DNA of 37,558 bases from Myxococcota bacterium (GCA_039028615.1 JBCCHT010000070.1:1-37558), one strand, 5' to 3'; counted from the first letter of the stretch, positions 17,530-26,388 are shown. The notes: generated from the sequence alone by a model not told the origin. Translations and numbers: made by a program.

Positions 17530-18467
17530 GAGGCGGTGTCCTCCATGGGCACGACCTCGCCCGTGTAGGTGAGCTGGCGAGAGCGGGCGGCGTAGTTGCG
17601 GCCGTCCCACGACACTCGCTCGCCGCGATCGAGGGTGACGCAGCGGTCGGGCTTGAAGCGACGGGCGAACAGCGAGACCCGCTCCGCGTCGTCGAGCTGC
17701 AGCCGCTGTTTGGCGTGTGGTAGGACCACCAGCCCCGGCACGATGCCCAGGCCCTCGCCCAGCAGCTCTGCGTTGCCCTTGCCCTGCGGCGGGTTGTCGT
17801 GGAAGAGCACGACCCGCTCCGAGATCGCCATGGCGCCCGCCGACCACGCGAAGATGGGCAGCGGGCGGGGTAAGGAGGTCAGCAGGCGGTCGAACTGAAA
17901 CAGCCGCAGGCGGTTGAGCAGCGACGCGACGTGACCCCCTGCGATCAGCAGGCCGAAGCAGTTGCCCAAGATGGTCCGCAGCTCGCGATAGTGGTGGTCG
18001 ACCGCGGGCCGAGCGGTGGGGCGGTAGTGCAGCTCGAAGTCGCGCTGGATCTGCCGGGTGCGGCCCAGGTGCTGCTTGTCGACCAAGCGCAGCGCCAAGA
18101 TGGCCGCGTCGCGCTCCGTCTCGATGAGCTGCGGCGGCGCCGTGGACTGACGCATCTCACGGGCGGCATCGAGGGCGTGAGCCAGGCGACGGCGGTACAG
18201 CACCTGGCTGTGGCGCAGGTTGTCTTGCTTGGCGCGGTGGGCCGCGAACAGGTCGGGGTCGCGGGAGAAGACGTCGTCGCTCCGCCAATGTAAGCGCAGG
18301 TTCACGATCGGCATGCCGAGGTGATCCCGCAGCTCGCGGTCTTCCGCCTCGCGCTCCTGCCACCCCGCGGTGATCGTGGCCAAGGGCCCGGGGACCCCGA
18401 AGCGGGACAGCTCCTCGCGGATCGATGGTTGGTGCCGCTGAGGGCCGAGCAAGACGCCGAGGGTCAT
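17526..18467 (-). CDS. Peptidase S51 family (peptidase E/cyanophycinase-like, class I GATase fold)
   Basis: LLIAGGH, AWSAGAM (Ser nucleophile), GLGIVPGLVVLPH (His). Confidence 0.8.
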   Translation of the reverse strand: MTLGVLLGPQRHQPSIREELSRFGVPGPLATITAGWQEREAEDRELRDHLGMPIVNLRLHWRSDDVFSRDPDLFAAHRAKQDNLRHSQVLYRRRLAHALDAAREMRQSTAPPQLIETERDAAILALRLVDKQHLGRTRQIQRDFELHYRPTARPAVDHHYRELRTILGNCFGLLIAGGHVASLLNRLRLFQFDRLLTSLPRPLPIFAWSAGAMAISERVVLFHDNPPQGKGNAELLGEGLGIVPGLVVLPHAKQRLQLDDAERVSLFARRFKPDRCVTLDRGERVSWDGRNYAARSRQLTYTGEVVPMEDTAS

Positions 18468-18571
18468 GACGAAAGAGGTCCGGGTGGCTTGTCGGCAAAC
18501 CGCCGCGCGGCTACAAGGGCCTCGCCTTTTAGCCAACCCGCCTTGGCTGGGGCAAGGGAGCTTGGTTCGTC

Positions 18572-19792
18572 ATGCACGTGCTGTTCGTTGCGCCGCACTT
18601 TCCCGCGTACCAGCGGCAATTCGTTCGGGCCCTGACCTCGGTCGGAGCCCGGGTCACGGGGATCGGCGAGGCCGATCCGGCCCATCTTCCCGGCGAAATC
18701 CGCTCCCAGCTCCACGGGTACGAGCAGGTGAGCAACGTTTGCGACGAGCAGGCGTTGCTCGACGCGGTGCGCCGAGTGCAGGGCCGGGAGTGGGTCGATC
18801 GCCTGGAGGCGACCATCGAGGCCCACATCCTGCCGACAGCGCGGGTGCGCGAGCACGCCACCATCCCGGGTCTGTCGACTCACGCCGCCCTGCTGTGCCG
18901 CGACAAGCCCATGATGAAGGAGTTCTTGCGCAAGCACGGGGTGCCCTGCGCTCGCTCCACCGGGGCCGAGTCCGTCGACGAGGTCGAACAATTCGTACGT
19001 GAGGTCGGCTACCCGATCATCCTCAAGCCGCGCGACGGCGCGGGGGCCTCGGGCACCTACCGCGTGAGCAATGACGCCGAGCTGGGGGCGGCTCTGCGTG
19101 AGCTGGGCGTCGGTCCGGGTCGTTCCGTTGCGCTCGAGGAGTTCATCGAGGGCCACGAGGGCTTCTACGACACCCTATGCGTCGGTGGTCAGGTCGTGCA
19201 CGAGTTCGTCTCGCACTACTACCCCAACGTCCTCGAGGCCATGCGCACCCGCTGGATCTCGCCGCAGATCGTCGTGACCAACCGCCTCGACGAGCCTGGC
19301 TACGACGAGGTCAAGCGCCTCGGCCGCGACGTGATCACCGCCATGGGCCTGCCCACCGTGGCCACCCACATGGAGTGGTTTTACGGCCCCAAGGGCCTCA
19401 AGTTCTCCGAGATCGGCGCGCGACCGCCCGGCGTCGGGCAGTGGGATCTGTACTGCGCGGCCAACGAGATCGACCTGTACCGCGAGTGGGCCCACGCGAT
19501 CGTGCACGGCTGTGGCTCGCAGGTCGCGTCGCGCAAGTACTCGGCGGGGATCATCGCGCTGCGGCCCGAGGCCGACGGGCAGATCCGTGGCTACTCGGGG
19601 GTCGACGAGCTGCAGGCGAAGTTTGGGCAGTGGGTCATCGACTCGCACCTGCCCCCGCCCGGCACGCCCACGCAGCCCGTCGAAGCGGGCTACATGGCCA
19701 ATGCCTGGGTACGGCTCAAGCATCCCGACTACGACACGCTCCGCGAGATGCTCGATACGGTGGGGAAGACCATCACCGTGCACGCGGGCTGA
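18572..19792 (+). CDS. ATP-grasp domain protein (carboxylate-amine/L-amino-acid ligase-like)
   Basis: RDKPMMKE, GYPIILKPRDGAGA, EEFIEG, HMEWF, FSEIGARPPG. Confidence 0.92.
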   Translation: MHVLFVAPHFPAYQRQFVRALTSVGARVTGIGEADPAHLPGEIRSQLHGYEQVSNVCDEQALLDAVRRVQGREWVDRLEATIEAHILPTARVREHATIPGLSTHAALLCRDKPMMKEFLRKHGVPCARSTGAESVDEVEQFVREVGYPIILKPRDGAGASGTYRVSNDAELGAALRELGVGPGRSVALEEFIEGHEGFYDTLCVGGQVVHEFVSHYYPNVLEAMRTRWISPQIVVTNRLDEPGYDEVKRLGRDVITAMGLPTVATHMEWFYGPKGLKFSEIGARPPGVGQWDLYCAANEIDLYREWAHAIVHGCGSQVASRKYSAGIIALRPEADGQIRGYSGVDELQAKFGQWVIDSHLPPPGTPTQPVEAGYMANAWVRLKHPDYDTLREMLDTVGKTITVHAG

Positions 19793-19829
19793 CACCCGCC
19801 CGGCCGCCTCGTCGTCGGGCTCGAGCTGG

Positions 19830-20345
19830 TTACTTCGCTCGAGTGAATTTCGCCGTACCGACTACGATGCCGATCTGTAGGTTGAGGCCCGCGCCGACCA
19901 ACGCTCCGAGTACCCCGACGTTCTTCTTGAAGAATGTCATCCGCGTCGCGGCGGGGCTTGTCGCGAGTTCGAACCCCACTTCGCCGAGCATCCGGTCAGG
20001 ATGGACCATCTTTCCGATCGTCCACACGACCCCTCCTCCGAGCGCGGCTCCCCATGCGGTCCCCGTGAAGTTCCTCTTGCCGATGACCTCGCCATCTCGT
20101 TTGAAGATGACCGGCGTATTGGAGTAGACCCGGGTCCAAACGAAAGCGGATGCGATGGCCAGCTGAGCCGTGACCGTGTACATGGTCGCGAGTTTGGCCG
20201 GAGGCTCGGTGAGGAGTGCGGCCAGCTCTGGGCTCTCGTGCCGCCCTCGTTCTTGATGCTCGAACTGGTGCTCGAGCGTCTTTTGGGCGATGAGCGCATA
20301 GGCGTTGGATTCGTCCTGAGTTGGTTCGATGACGTGATCTGACAT
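19830..20345 (-). CDS. Putative VapA/VapB-like (Rhodococcus equi virulence-associated) beta-barrel protein
   Basis: C-terminal ~115 aa YTV..IASAFV..FTGTAWG..GGGVVW..FF..LG..GAG...G...G follows the Vap core pattern as recalled from memory. Alternative TTG start at 20375 overlaps the upstream stop. Confidence 0.6.
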   Translation of the reverse strand: MSDHVIEPTQDESNAYALIAQKTLEHQFEHQERGRHESPELAALLTEPPAKLATMYTVTAQLAIASAFVWTRVYSNTPVIFKRDGEVIGKRNFTGTAWGAALGGGVVWTIGKMVHPDRMLGEVGFELATSPAATRMTFFKKNVGVLGALVGAGLNLQIGIVVGTAKFTRAK

Positions 20346-20371
20346 GTTTTTCTCGTACGTTGGTTCGAGGT

Positions 20372-21154
20372 TCAACGGTTCGTCTGAGACTCTGCTCGCT
20401 GTTCGGTATCTGGCCGGGCGCTCGGCGGGTCGAAGTAACCGATGCTGCTGGGGCCCTTGAAAAGGGTGGGAGTGTTTCCGAGCGCGAAACCCATGCCCAC
20501 GAAGCAGCTAAAGGAAGAGAGCTGCTTGTGTTTGTTGTATGTGACGCTCAGCCCGAAGTGGCCATGCCCCAAGTGGTTGGAGATCGTGTATCCGTATTCT
20601 TGCTCCGGCTCGTCCTCACGGTCTGGGAACCGGACGAAGAAGACTCGCTCGATGACCGCCGCTACTTTCATCGAGCCACCACCGATTATGCGGTCGAAGT
20701 GGTACCAGCCGGGCTTACCACCCCGTTCGAAAAGGCCTACGCCGCGAGAGACTCCGATCCCCGCTTGGAGCTCCGTGGCGATGCCGAACCCGGTAGCTAC
20801 GATGGGGGACTTGCAGTGGACGATGTTCGTGCCGCGCTCTTTGCAGAATCTACGGTGTAGCCTGACCGCCTTCTCGTCGTACTTCTTGTTGAAGAAGCTC
20901 CTTCGGTGGCTCTGGACATCGGCGACGTAGTGGCGCATTCCTCCCGACCGCGCGTAGATGAACTGCTGGAGGAAGCCTGCGTAGTCTCGGTGGAACTCCT
21001 CGTACTGGTCTCTATACTCCGAGCCGTCGATGCACTTTCTGGCGAATTCGGCTGGGTTTTCCATGTCCCAGCCGTCGAATGAAACGTCGCCCGACCGAAT
21101 CTTCTGAATCTGGTCTTCATAGGAGGGGAACTCGGTCAGAGAAGAGTCGGTCAT
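20372..21154 (-). CDS. Hypothetical protein, helical N-half and Gly-rich beta-strand C-half
   Basis: 260-aa ORF with a GAGGA RBS upstream, normal amino-acid composition and lower-GC codons. No family recognised. Confidence 0.7.
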   Translation of the reverse strand: MTDSSLTEFPSYEDQIQKIRSGDVSFDGWDMENPAEFARKCIDGSEYRDQYEEFHRDYAGFLQQFIYARSGGMRHYVADVQSHRRSFFNKKYDEKAVRLHRRFCKERGTNIVHCKSPIVATGFGIATELQAGIGVSRGVGLFERGGKPGWYHFDRIIGGGSMKVAAVIERVFFVRFPDREDEPEQEYGYTISNHLGHGHFGLSVTYNKHKQLSSFSCFVGMGFALGNTPTLFKGPSSIGYFDPPSARPDTEQRAESQTNR

Positions 21155-21252
21155 CGTGTCCTCGGTGTTGGTGGTTGTTCCGCCTCAACCCCGAGGTGAC
21201 CTCGATTTCTCTGAAAATTCCGTTCTCAGGGCCTGATCCCCGATCCCCGCCT

Positions 21253-21879
21253 TCATTGCTCCCAGTAGCCGCGTAGGGACTCGGCCCACTCGTCCATCCG
21301 ATCGACGGTGGAGCTGAGTTCCTCAGGGGTCGACGCGAGCTTCTCGATCGCCTCGAGCAGCTGGGCCTTGGCGCGACGTAGGCGGCCGCGGACGGCGGGC
21401 AGCGTCTCGCCGAGGACCTCGGCGATCTGCGGGGCCTTCATCGGCTCCCAGTAGTACATCTCCAGTACGACCTGGGAGTCGATGGGGATGTGCCGCAGGG
21501 CGGTGAGCAGGAGCTGTTGCTCTCGCCGCGCTCGGACGGCGGAGCTGACTCCCATGCCGCAGTCGACGACGGAGACGCCGTCGGACTCGAAGCTCTCGGT
21601 GTTTCGTCGATCCCGAAGGTGCTTGAGCAGGGTGTTGCGGGCGATTGCGAACAGGAAGGTTCGGAAGCTCGCGTCTCCGCGAAACTTGGCGCGGGCCTCC
21701 ACGGCGGCGGTCATCGTCTGCTGTACGAGATCTTCGACGTCTCCCATGCTCGAGAGCTTGTTGCCGAAGAATCGGTACAAGGACGAGAAGTGGCGCTCCA
21801 GCAGGAGGCTGCCCGCTCGACGGTTGCCTTCACCCCATTGCTCGAGGAGAGTCCGATCGTCCACCACGAGATCATACAA
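21253..21879 (-). CDS. ECF sigma-70 factor (Ser/Thr-kinase-associated type)
   Basis: EDLVQQT, FRTFLFAIARN (region 2); IAEVLG..VRGRLRRAK (region 4). Start may be GTG 21867 or 21864. Confidence 0.92.
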   Translation of the reverse strand: MYDLVVDDRTLLEQWGEGNRRAGSLLLERHFSSLYRFFGNKLSSMGDVEDLVQQTMTAAVEARAKFRGDASFRTFLFAIARNTLLKHLRDRRNTESFESDGVSVVDCGMGVSSAVRARREQQLLLTALRHIPIDSQVVLEMYYWEPMKAPQIAEVLGETLPAVRGRLRRAKAQLLEAIEKLASTPEELSSTVDRMDEWAESLRGYWEQ

Positions 21880-22025
21880 GTGGGTTCGGGTGGGTTTGCG
21901 CGAGAACGAGCGCCGGACAGAAAACGGGCTCTAGACGCCCGTATTCGGCCTCTGGTTGCTATCGTGGGTCGTATTGGCTGAACGGTGGAACTACAGAATC
22001 GTTCACGCGAAGGACACGACCGAAG

Positions 22026-22460
22026 ATGAGCAACGAGAGCCAACAGACGACTTTCAAGGATCCGCCGCACCTGTTCGTACGCCTCAAAGGCGGCAAGGGT
22101 GAGTGGTTCTTTCGTGACGCAGGTGGGGGATCCGTGCACTTGCAGAGTCATGATCTGACGATCGAGCACGGCAAGGTGGAGAAGGACATTCAGGATTTTT
22201 CGCTGACGATCCTCAACGAACTCCACGAGACGATCACCCTGGAGGTCAAAGGGGAGGGGCCGGCGACGGTGGTTGCCCCGGAAAAAAAGGACGTCCCCGC
22301 CGGAACTCGGGTCACCTGGGAGTGCAAGACGGGCGGAGGAGAGCCGCACGGGGAGCAGCAACGTGCAACGTGGACGATCCTCCCCCCAAACGTCGGCGTC
22401 AAAGTGGAGGACCCGACGTTCCGGGTTCGTTGGCAGGCAGGCGTGGGCCCCGATCTATAG
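22026..22460 (+). CDS. Hypothetical beta-rich protein with C-terminal 'DP' motif
   Basis: ATG 22026 after AAGGA; 144 aa with normal composition; ends VEDPTFRVRW. Its stop abuts the kinase stop in CTATAG. Confidence 0.62.
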   Translation: MSNESQQTTFKDPPHLFVRLKGGKGEWFFRDAGGGSVHLQSHDLTIEHGKVEKDIQDFSLTILNELHETITLEVKGEGPATVVAPEKKDVPAGTRVTWECKTGGGEPHGEQQRATWTILPPNVGVKVEDPTFRVRWQAGVGPDL

Positions 22461-25241
22461 GCTCTGTAGCCACTGCTTCACCTCGGTGGCTCGCTCGGGC
22501 AGGCCGAGCCGTTCGAAGTCGTTGCCGGCCTGTCGCGCGAGTTCCTTTGCCCGGGAGGTTTGCGTCTCATCGGACGCCGCCAGGGCCTGCGCGAGAGAGA
22601 AGCGGATGTCCGCAATCTCGTGGGGTTCTCGCCCGACCTCGAGCTGCAGCGCGAGGGCACGTTCCAGGTCGCCCACGGCTTCCGCGGCTCGGCCGGCCTT
22701 CAGCGTGACCTGGGCGCGGCCCTTGAGCGGCAAGGCGAGATCGGGATGGTTTTTGGGGAGGCTCTGCTCGTAGATCTCGAGGGCCTTGGCGAAGCTGGCT
22801 CGGGCCTCCTCGAGCCGATCCAACGCGGCCTGGGACTCGCCGATGTTGCTATGGAGCCGACCCAGGGTCGGGTTGTCCGGTTGGAGCGTATCCCGGGCGA
22901 TCTTCAGCGCCCGCCGATAGGCGTCGATCGAACCCGGCAGGTCGCCCGTGAAGAACAGCAGCACGCCCTGGGCTTCGTGCAGCTCGGCCATGTGCTCGTG
23001 ATCGGACCCGAGTTCGCGTTCGTAGACGTCGAGGGCGTGGGCGATCGAGGTCAAGGCGGGCCCGAAGTCACCGTTGGCCATGTCGACCTTGGCTCGGGCG
23101 TAGCGAACCCGGGCAGCGCGGAAGGAGTCGCTCCCGAACGCAACCTCGTAGATCGACTCGGCGCGGTCGAGCTGCGCTCGTGCTTGCTCGAAGTCTCCGG
23201 TCTCGAGGGCCAGGACGGCCAGGTCGAAGGTGTAGTGCCCGACCAGCGGTGCCTGGGTGCCCCACCGCTGCGCGGCTCGGTCCCGGCCCATTTGCAGGAG
23301 ATCGCGCGCTTCGTCGAAGCGCCCCAGTCGACCCAGCGTGACCGCGACGTGCCAACGCTCTCGTTCGCCCCGGGCTTCGTCGCCTCGCTCGTCGGCGAGG
23401 CGCTGCGCCTCGCGAAACCCATCGAGTGCGGCTTCGAACGAACGATCGTGCAGCAAGAGCGATGCCTGGGCGTGTCGGACCGCGGCCAGCAGCGGCTCGT
23501 TCGGGCGGCCCAGTCGGCGGACCACGGTCTGCGCTTGCTCGACGACGAAACGCTCGAGTCGAGGCGATGACCAGCGGGCGGCCGATGCCGCGGCGGCCTC
23601 GACCCACAGCCGGGCGGCGAGTTCATCGAGTTGTCGGGCTTCGGCGTCGCGGGCCAGTTCGATGAGTCGAGGCACGCCCTCGTCGACGCGTCCTCGCTGG
23701 ATCTCGAGCTGGGCCGGAAAGGCCTTCAGCTCGAGGTTCAGGGGAGCGTAGGGCGTGGGGTCGACCTCGGCGACGACGGATTGCGCTCGCTCCAGGGCTC
23801 CGGTCGTGGCCAGAGCACGAGCTTCGGCGAGACGATCGTAGCCGGCCGAGATCGCCTCACGCTCGGGCCCCGGCTCGGGCAGGGGATCGCCCTCCGAGAG
23901 TCGTTGGCCGTCGGCACACGCGGAGAGATCGGGAAGGCGAGCCAGCAGCTCCGGGCCGTGCGTGGCCAGCTGTGGGGCGAACGTCGGCGTCGAGAGGGTG
24001 TCGAGAGTGATCTGCACGACCCGACGCCGCTGCTCGAGGCACTCGCGACGAAGGTCGAGCGTTCGCTCCGACTCGATCCCGTCGACGCGGGCGGCGACAC
24101 AAGACACCCGCCGAGCCTCGTGCCAACCCGTCGCCCAGTCGTCGAGCCCACGCTCGATGGAGGCCACGGCGACTTGGTCGGCGAGGAGCTCTCGCAGCGA
24201 CTGTCTGCGTTCGTCGTCCCAGGTCCCGGCGAGCGCATCGTCCTCGAAGGCACACGGCGCGATCGCTTCGTCCTCGGTTTGCAGGGCAGGCACAGCCACC
24301 CCCGCGACGACAGCCGCAAACCCGGCCATGCCCAGCAACGAGCGCCACCGAGCCGGCCTGGGGGCGACGGCGGCTTCGAGTTCGGCCAGCAGCTCGCCGA
24401 CGGACGGGAAGCGCTCCTTCGGGTCTTCGGACACCCCTCGCAGCAAGATCCGGCGGACCTCGTCGGGCAGGTTTCGCCCCGGGTCGACCTTCGGTGGCAG
24501 CTGTCCACACAACGATTCCCACAGGCTCACGCACCAGGCGTATTGATCCGCTGCCGCGTCGACCCCTGCGTCGTGGCGTTGCTCGGGCGCGGCGTAGCGA
24601 TGGGTCCCGACGAACCCTTCCGCCTCCTCGTCCGGCTCGGTCGAGTCGCCTTGCACGAGGCCGAAGTCGATCACGCGGGCTCGCCCGTCGTCGCCGATGA
24701 GCACGTTGCTCGGCTTGATGTCTCGGTGCACGAGCCCGGCGTCGTGGGCCGCTTGCAGGCCGCGGCCCGCGGCGATCCAGTGGTGCAGGATCGCCTCGTC
24801 GTGTGGCCGAGGATCCTGGGTCAGCCAGTCCTGCATGGTGGTGCCGGGCACCAGCTCGATGGCGATCCACACCCGCTGCTGCTCGATGCCCGTTTCGAAC
24901 ACGGTCACGACATTCGGATGCGCGAGCTTGGCCAGGCTCCGGGCCTCGGTGGCGGCGCGCTGGCGGAGCGACGAGCCGACGCCGCGGGTCTCCACGAGCT
25001 TGATCGCGACCAGTCGCTCGAGCTGCGGATCCCACGCTCGATAGACCACGCCCATGCCGCCCTGGCCGATGCGCTCTCGGAGTTCGAACCGGCCGAAGCG
25101 CGGCGGCGGCGAGTCGCGTTCGAACATCCGCGCCATCACGCGGCTGCGGATCAGCTGGCCGTCCACGCTATCGGGGCCGATGTCCGCGAGCGCGGCGTCC
25201 ACTCGACCGTGGCCGATGTCCGACTCGTCTCGTTCGGCCAC
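22455..25241 (-). CDS. Hanks-type Ser/Thr protein kinase with TM segment and C-terminal TPR repeats
   Basis: IGQGGMGVVY, VAIK, HRDIKPSN, DFG, GTHRYAAPE; TM LLGMAGFAAVVAGVAV; TPRs such as LHSNIGESQAALDRLEEARASFAKALEIYE. Start estimated at GTG 25241. Confidence 0.92.
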   Translation of the reverse strand: MAERDESDIGHGRVDAALADIGPDSVDGQLIRSRVMARMFERDSPPPRFGRFELRERIGQGGMGVVYRAWDPQLERLVAIKLVETRGVGSSLRQRAATEARSLAKLAHPNVVTVFETGIEQQRVWIAIELVPGTTMQDWLTQDPRPHDEAILHHWIAAGRGLQAAHDAGLVHRDIKPSNVLIGDDGRARVIDFGLVQGDSTEPDEEAEGFVGTHRYAAPEQRHDAGVDAAADQYAWCVSLWESLCGQLPPKVDPGRNLPDEVRRILLRGVSEDPKERFPSVGELLAELEAAVAPRPARWRSLLGMAGFAAVVAGVAVPALQTEDEAIAPCAFEDDALAGTWDDERRQSLRELLADQVAVASIERGLDDWATGWHEARRVSCVAARVDGIESERTLDLRRECLEQRRRVVQITLDTLSTPTFAPQLATHGPELLARLPDLSACADGQRLSEGDPLPEPGPEREAISAGYDRLAEARALATTGALERAQSVVAEVDPTPYAPLNLELKAFPAQLEIQRGRVDEGVPRLIELARDAEARQLDELAARLWVEAAAASAARWSSPRLERFVVEQAQTVVRRLGRPNEPLLAAVRHAQASLLLHDRSFEAALDGFREAQRLADERGDEARGERERWHVAVTLGRLGRFDEARDLLQMGRDRAAQRWGTQAPLVGHYTFDLAVLALETGDFEQARAQLDRAESIYEVAFGSDSFRAARVRYARAKVDMANGDFGPALTSIAHALDVYERELGSDHEHMAELHEAQGVLLFFTGDLPGSIDAYRRALKIARDTLQPDNPTLGRLHSNIGESQAALDRLEEARASFAKALEIYEQSLPKNHPDLALPLKGRAQVTLKAGRAAEAVGDLERALALQLEVGREPHEIADIRFSLAQALAASDETQTSRAKELARQAGNDFERLGLPERATEVKQWLQSL

Positions 25242-25364
25242 ACCCGATTCTAGCGCAGAGCCGCGCCAATCGGAGCGGGGGGGCAGAGGCCGACCACGCC
25301 CGGTTTGCGCGGATTCGAGCGATGCATGGCCACTGGGCGCGAGCGGTGCTACGTCGTCGCGTTC

Positions 25365-26339
25365 ATGACTTACTCCAAGACGAGCGCGGTGATCTGTGCA
25401 TCGGCCGCGTTGTTCCTGCTCGGCTGCCCCAGCGACGACACCACGGACACCGGAGGCCAAGGAAGCTCGACCGGCACCGGGGTCGGCAGCGGTGATACTT
25501 CGAGCACGCCGAGCGCCACGACCACGGGTACGCCTTCGGGCGACACCACGGCGGGCACCCAGGGCGGTACGACCACGGGCGAGGACACGACCGCGGGCGG
25601 AGGCACGACGGGGTCGAGTTCCGGCGACGACGGCACGACGGGCTCATCGACGGACTCGAGCTCGAGCGATGACGGCATGGGCTCGTCGACGGACTCGAGC
25701 TCGAGCGACGACGGCATGGGCTCGTCCAGCGGCGAGAGCTCGGGGTCTTCGGGGAGCACGGGCGATCCCGGTGACCCCTGCGACGGCGCCGAGGTCTTGC
25801 TGTACGAGCAAACCCCGGTGGTCGGGGCCCTCGAGGGCGGCCCGGCGGGGATCGGCGCGGGCGGCTTCATCCGCAGTGCCGACGACTTCGAGGTCGATGC
25901 GGCCGACCAGTGCTGGTGTGTGACCCGAGTCGTGCTCCCGGGCTCCTACGTCGATGCGATGCTCACGGGCGACCTCGAGGTGGGCTTTTACGAGGACGCC
26001 CCGGGCGTCCCCGTCAATCCCGCCATCGCCATCGAGTCCGGCGTGCCCACGGATGTCGCGGGGGTCTTCGACTACACGCTCGCGAACCCGGTGGTGCTGC
26101 CTGCCGACACGTACTGGCTGTCGGCGATGCCGGAGATTGCGAGCATCGACCTGGGCATCTGGTTCTGGGCGCCCGGTACGACCATGGAGGGAAGCTCGTG
26201 GGCAATGGAGACGACCTTCGCTCCCTTCGTACCCGCGTGCTCGAACTGGACCGGAGGCTCGACGTGCTTCCCCGCCGGTTCGGCCGCGGACCTGGCGTTC
26301 GAGATCCACGGGGTGGTCGGGGGCGACTCCTGCATGTGA
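25365..26339 (+). CDS. Lipoprotein with Ser/Thr/Gly-rich linker and C-terminal beta-sandwich (ADDF...TYWLS) domain
   Basis: Lipobox LFLLG-C; low-complexity linker; RSADDF and LPADTYWLS motifs typical of extracellular domains. Confidence 0.78.
   Translation: MTYSKTSAVICASAALFLLGCPSDDTTDTGGQGSSTGTGVGSGDTSSTPSATTTGTPSGDTTAGTQGGTTTGEDTTAGGGTTGSSSGDDGTTGSSTDSSSSDDGMGSSTDSSSSDDGMGSSSGESSGSSGSTGDPGDPCDGAEVLLYEQTPVVGALEGGPAGIGAGGFIRSADDFEVDAADQCWCVTRVVLPGSYVDAMLTGDLEVGFYEDAPGVPVNPAIAIESGVPTDVAGVFDYTLANPVVLPADTYWLSAMPEIASIDLGIWFWAPGTTMEGSSWAMETTFAPFVPACSNWTGGSTCFPAGSAADLAFEIHGVVGGDSCM
25641..25726 (+). repeat. Intragenic 39-bp tandem repeat (2 copies plus a partial), encoding GSSTDSSSSDDGM
   Basis: ggctcatcgacggactcgagctcgagcgatgacggcatg followed by ggctcgtcgacggactcgagctcgagcgacgacggcatg (2 synonymous differences). 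Confidence 0.9.
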
Positions 26340-26351
26340 CCGACGTGTCGC

Positions 26352-26388
26352 CCCCGGAGCGTGGCGTCGACGCCTGCCGACTCCGGGG
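26352..26388. terminator. Hairpin downstream of the lipoprotein gene
   Basis: CCCCGGAG...CTCCGGGG enclosing the palindrome GGCGTCGACGCC, 12 nt after the stop. Confidence 0.4.

Noticed and set aside
16397..17847. Apparent long overlaps or frameshift fusions among the ATP-grasp, esterase and S51 ORFs
   Set aside because: Explained by ordinary 4-bp start/stop overlaps; the extensions are off-frame, low-complexity translations.
19830..22460. Mobile element or prophage explaining the lower-GC block
   Set aside because: No integrase, transposase, tRNA or flanking direct repeats were seen.
25641..25726. CRISPR-like repeat
   Set aside because: In-frame coding tandem repeat with no spacers and no cas genes.
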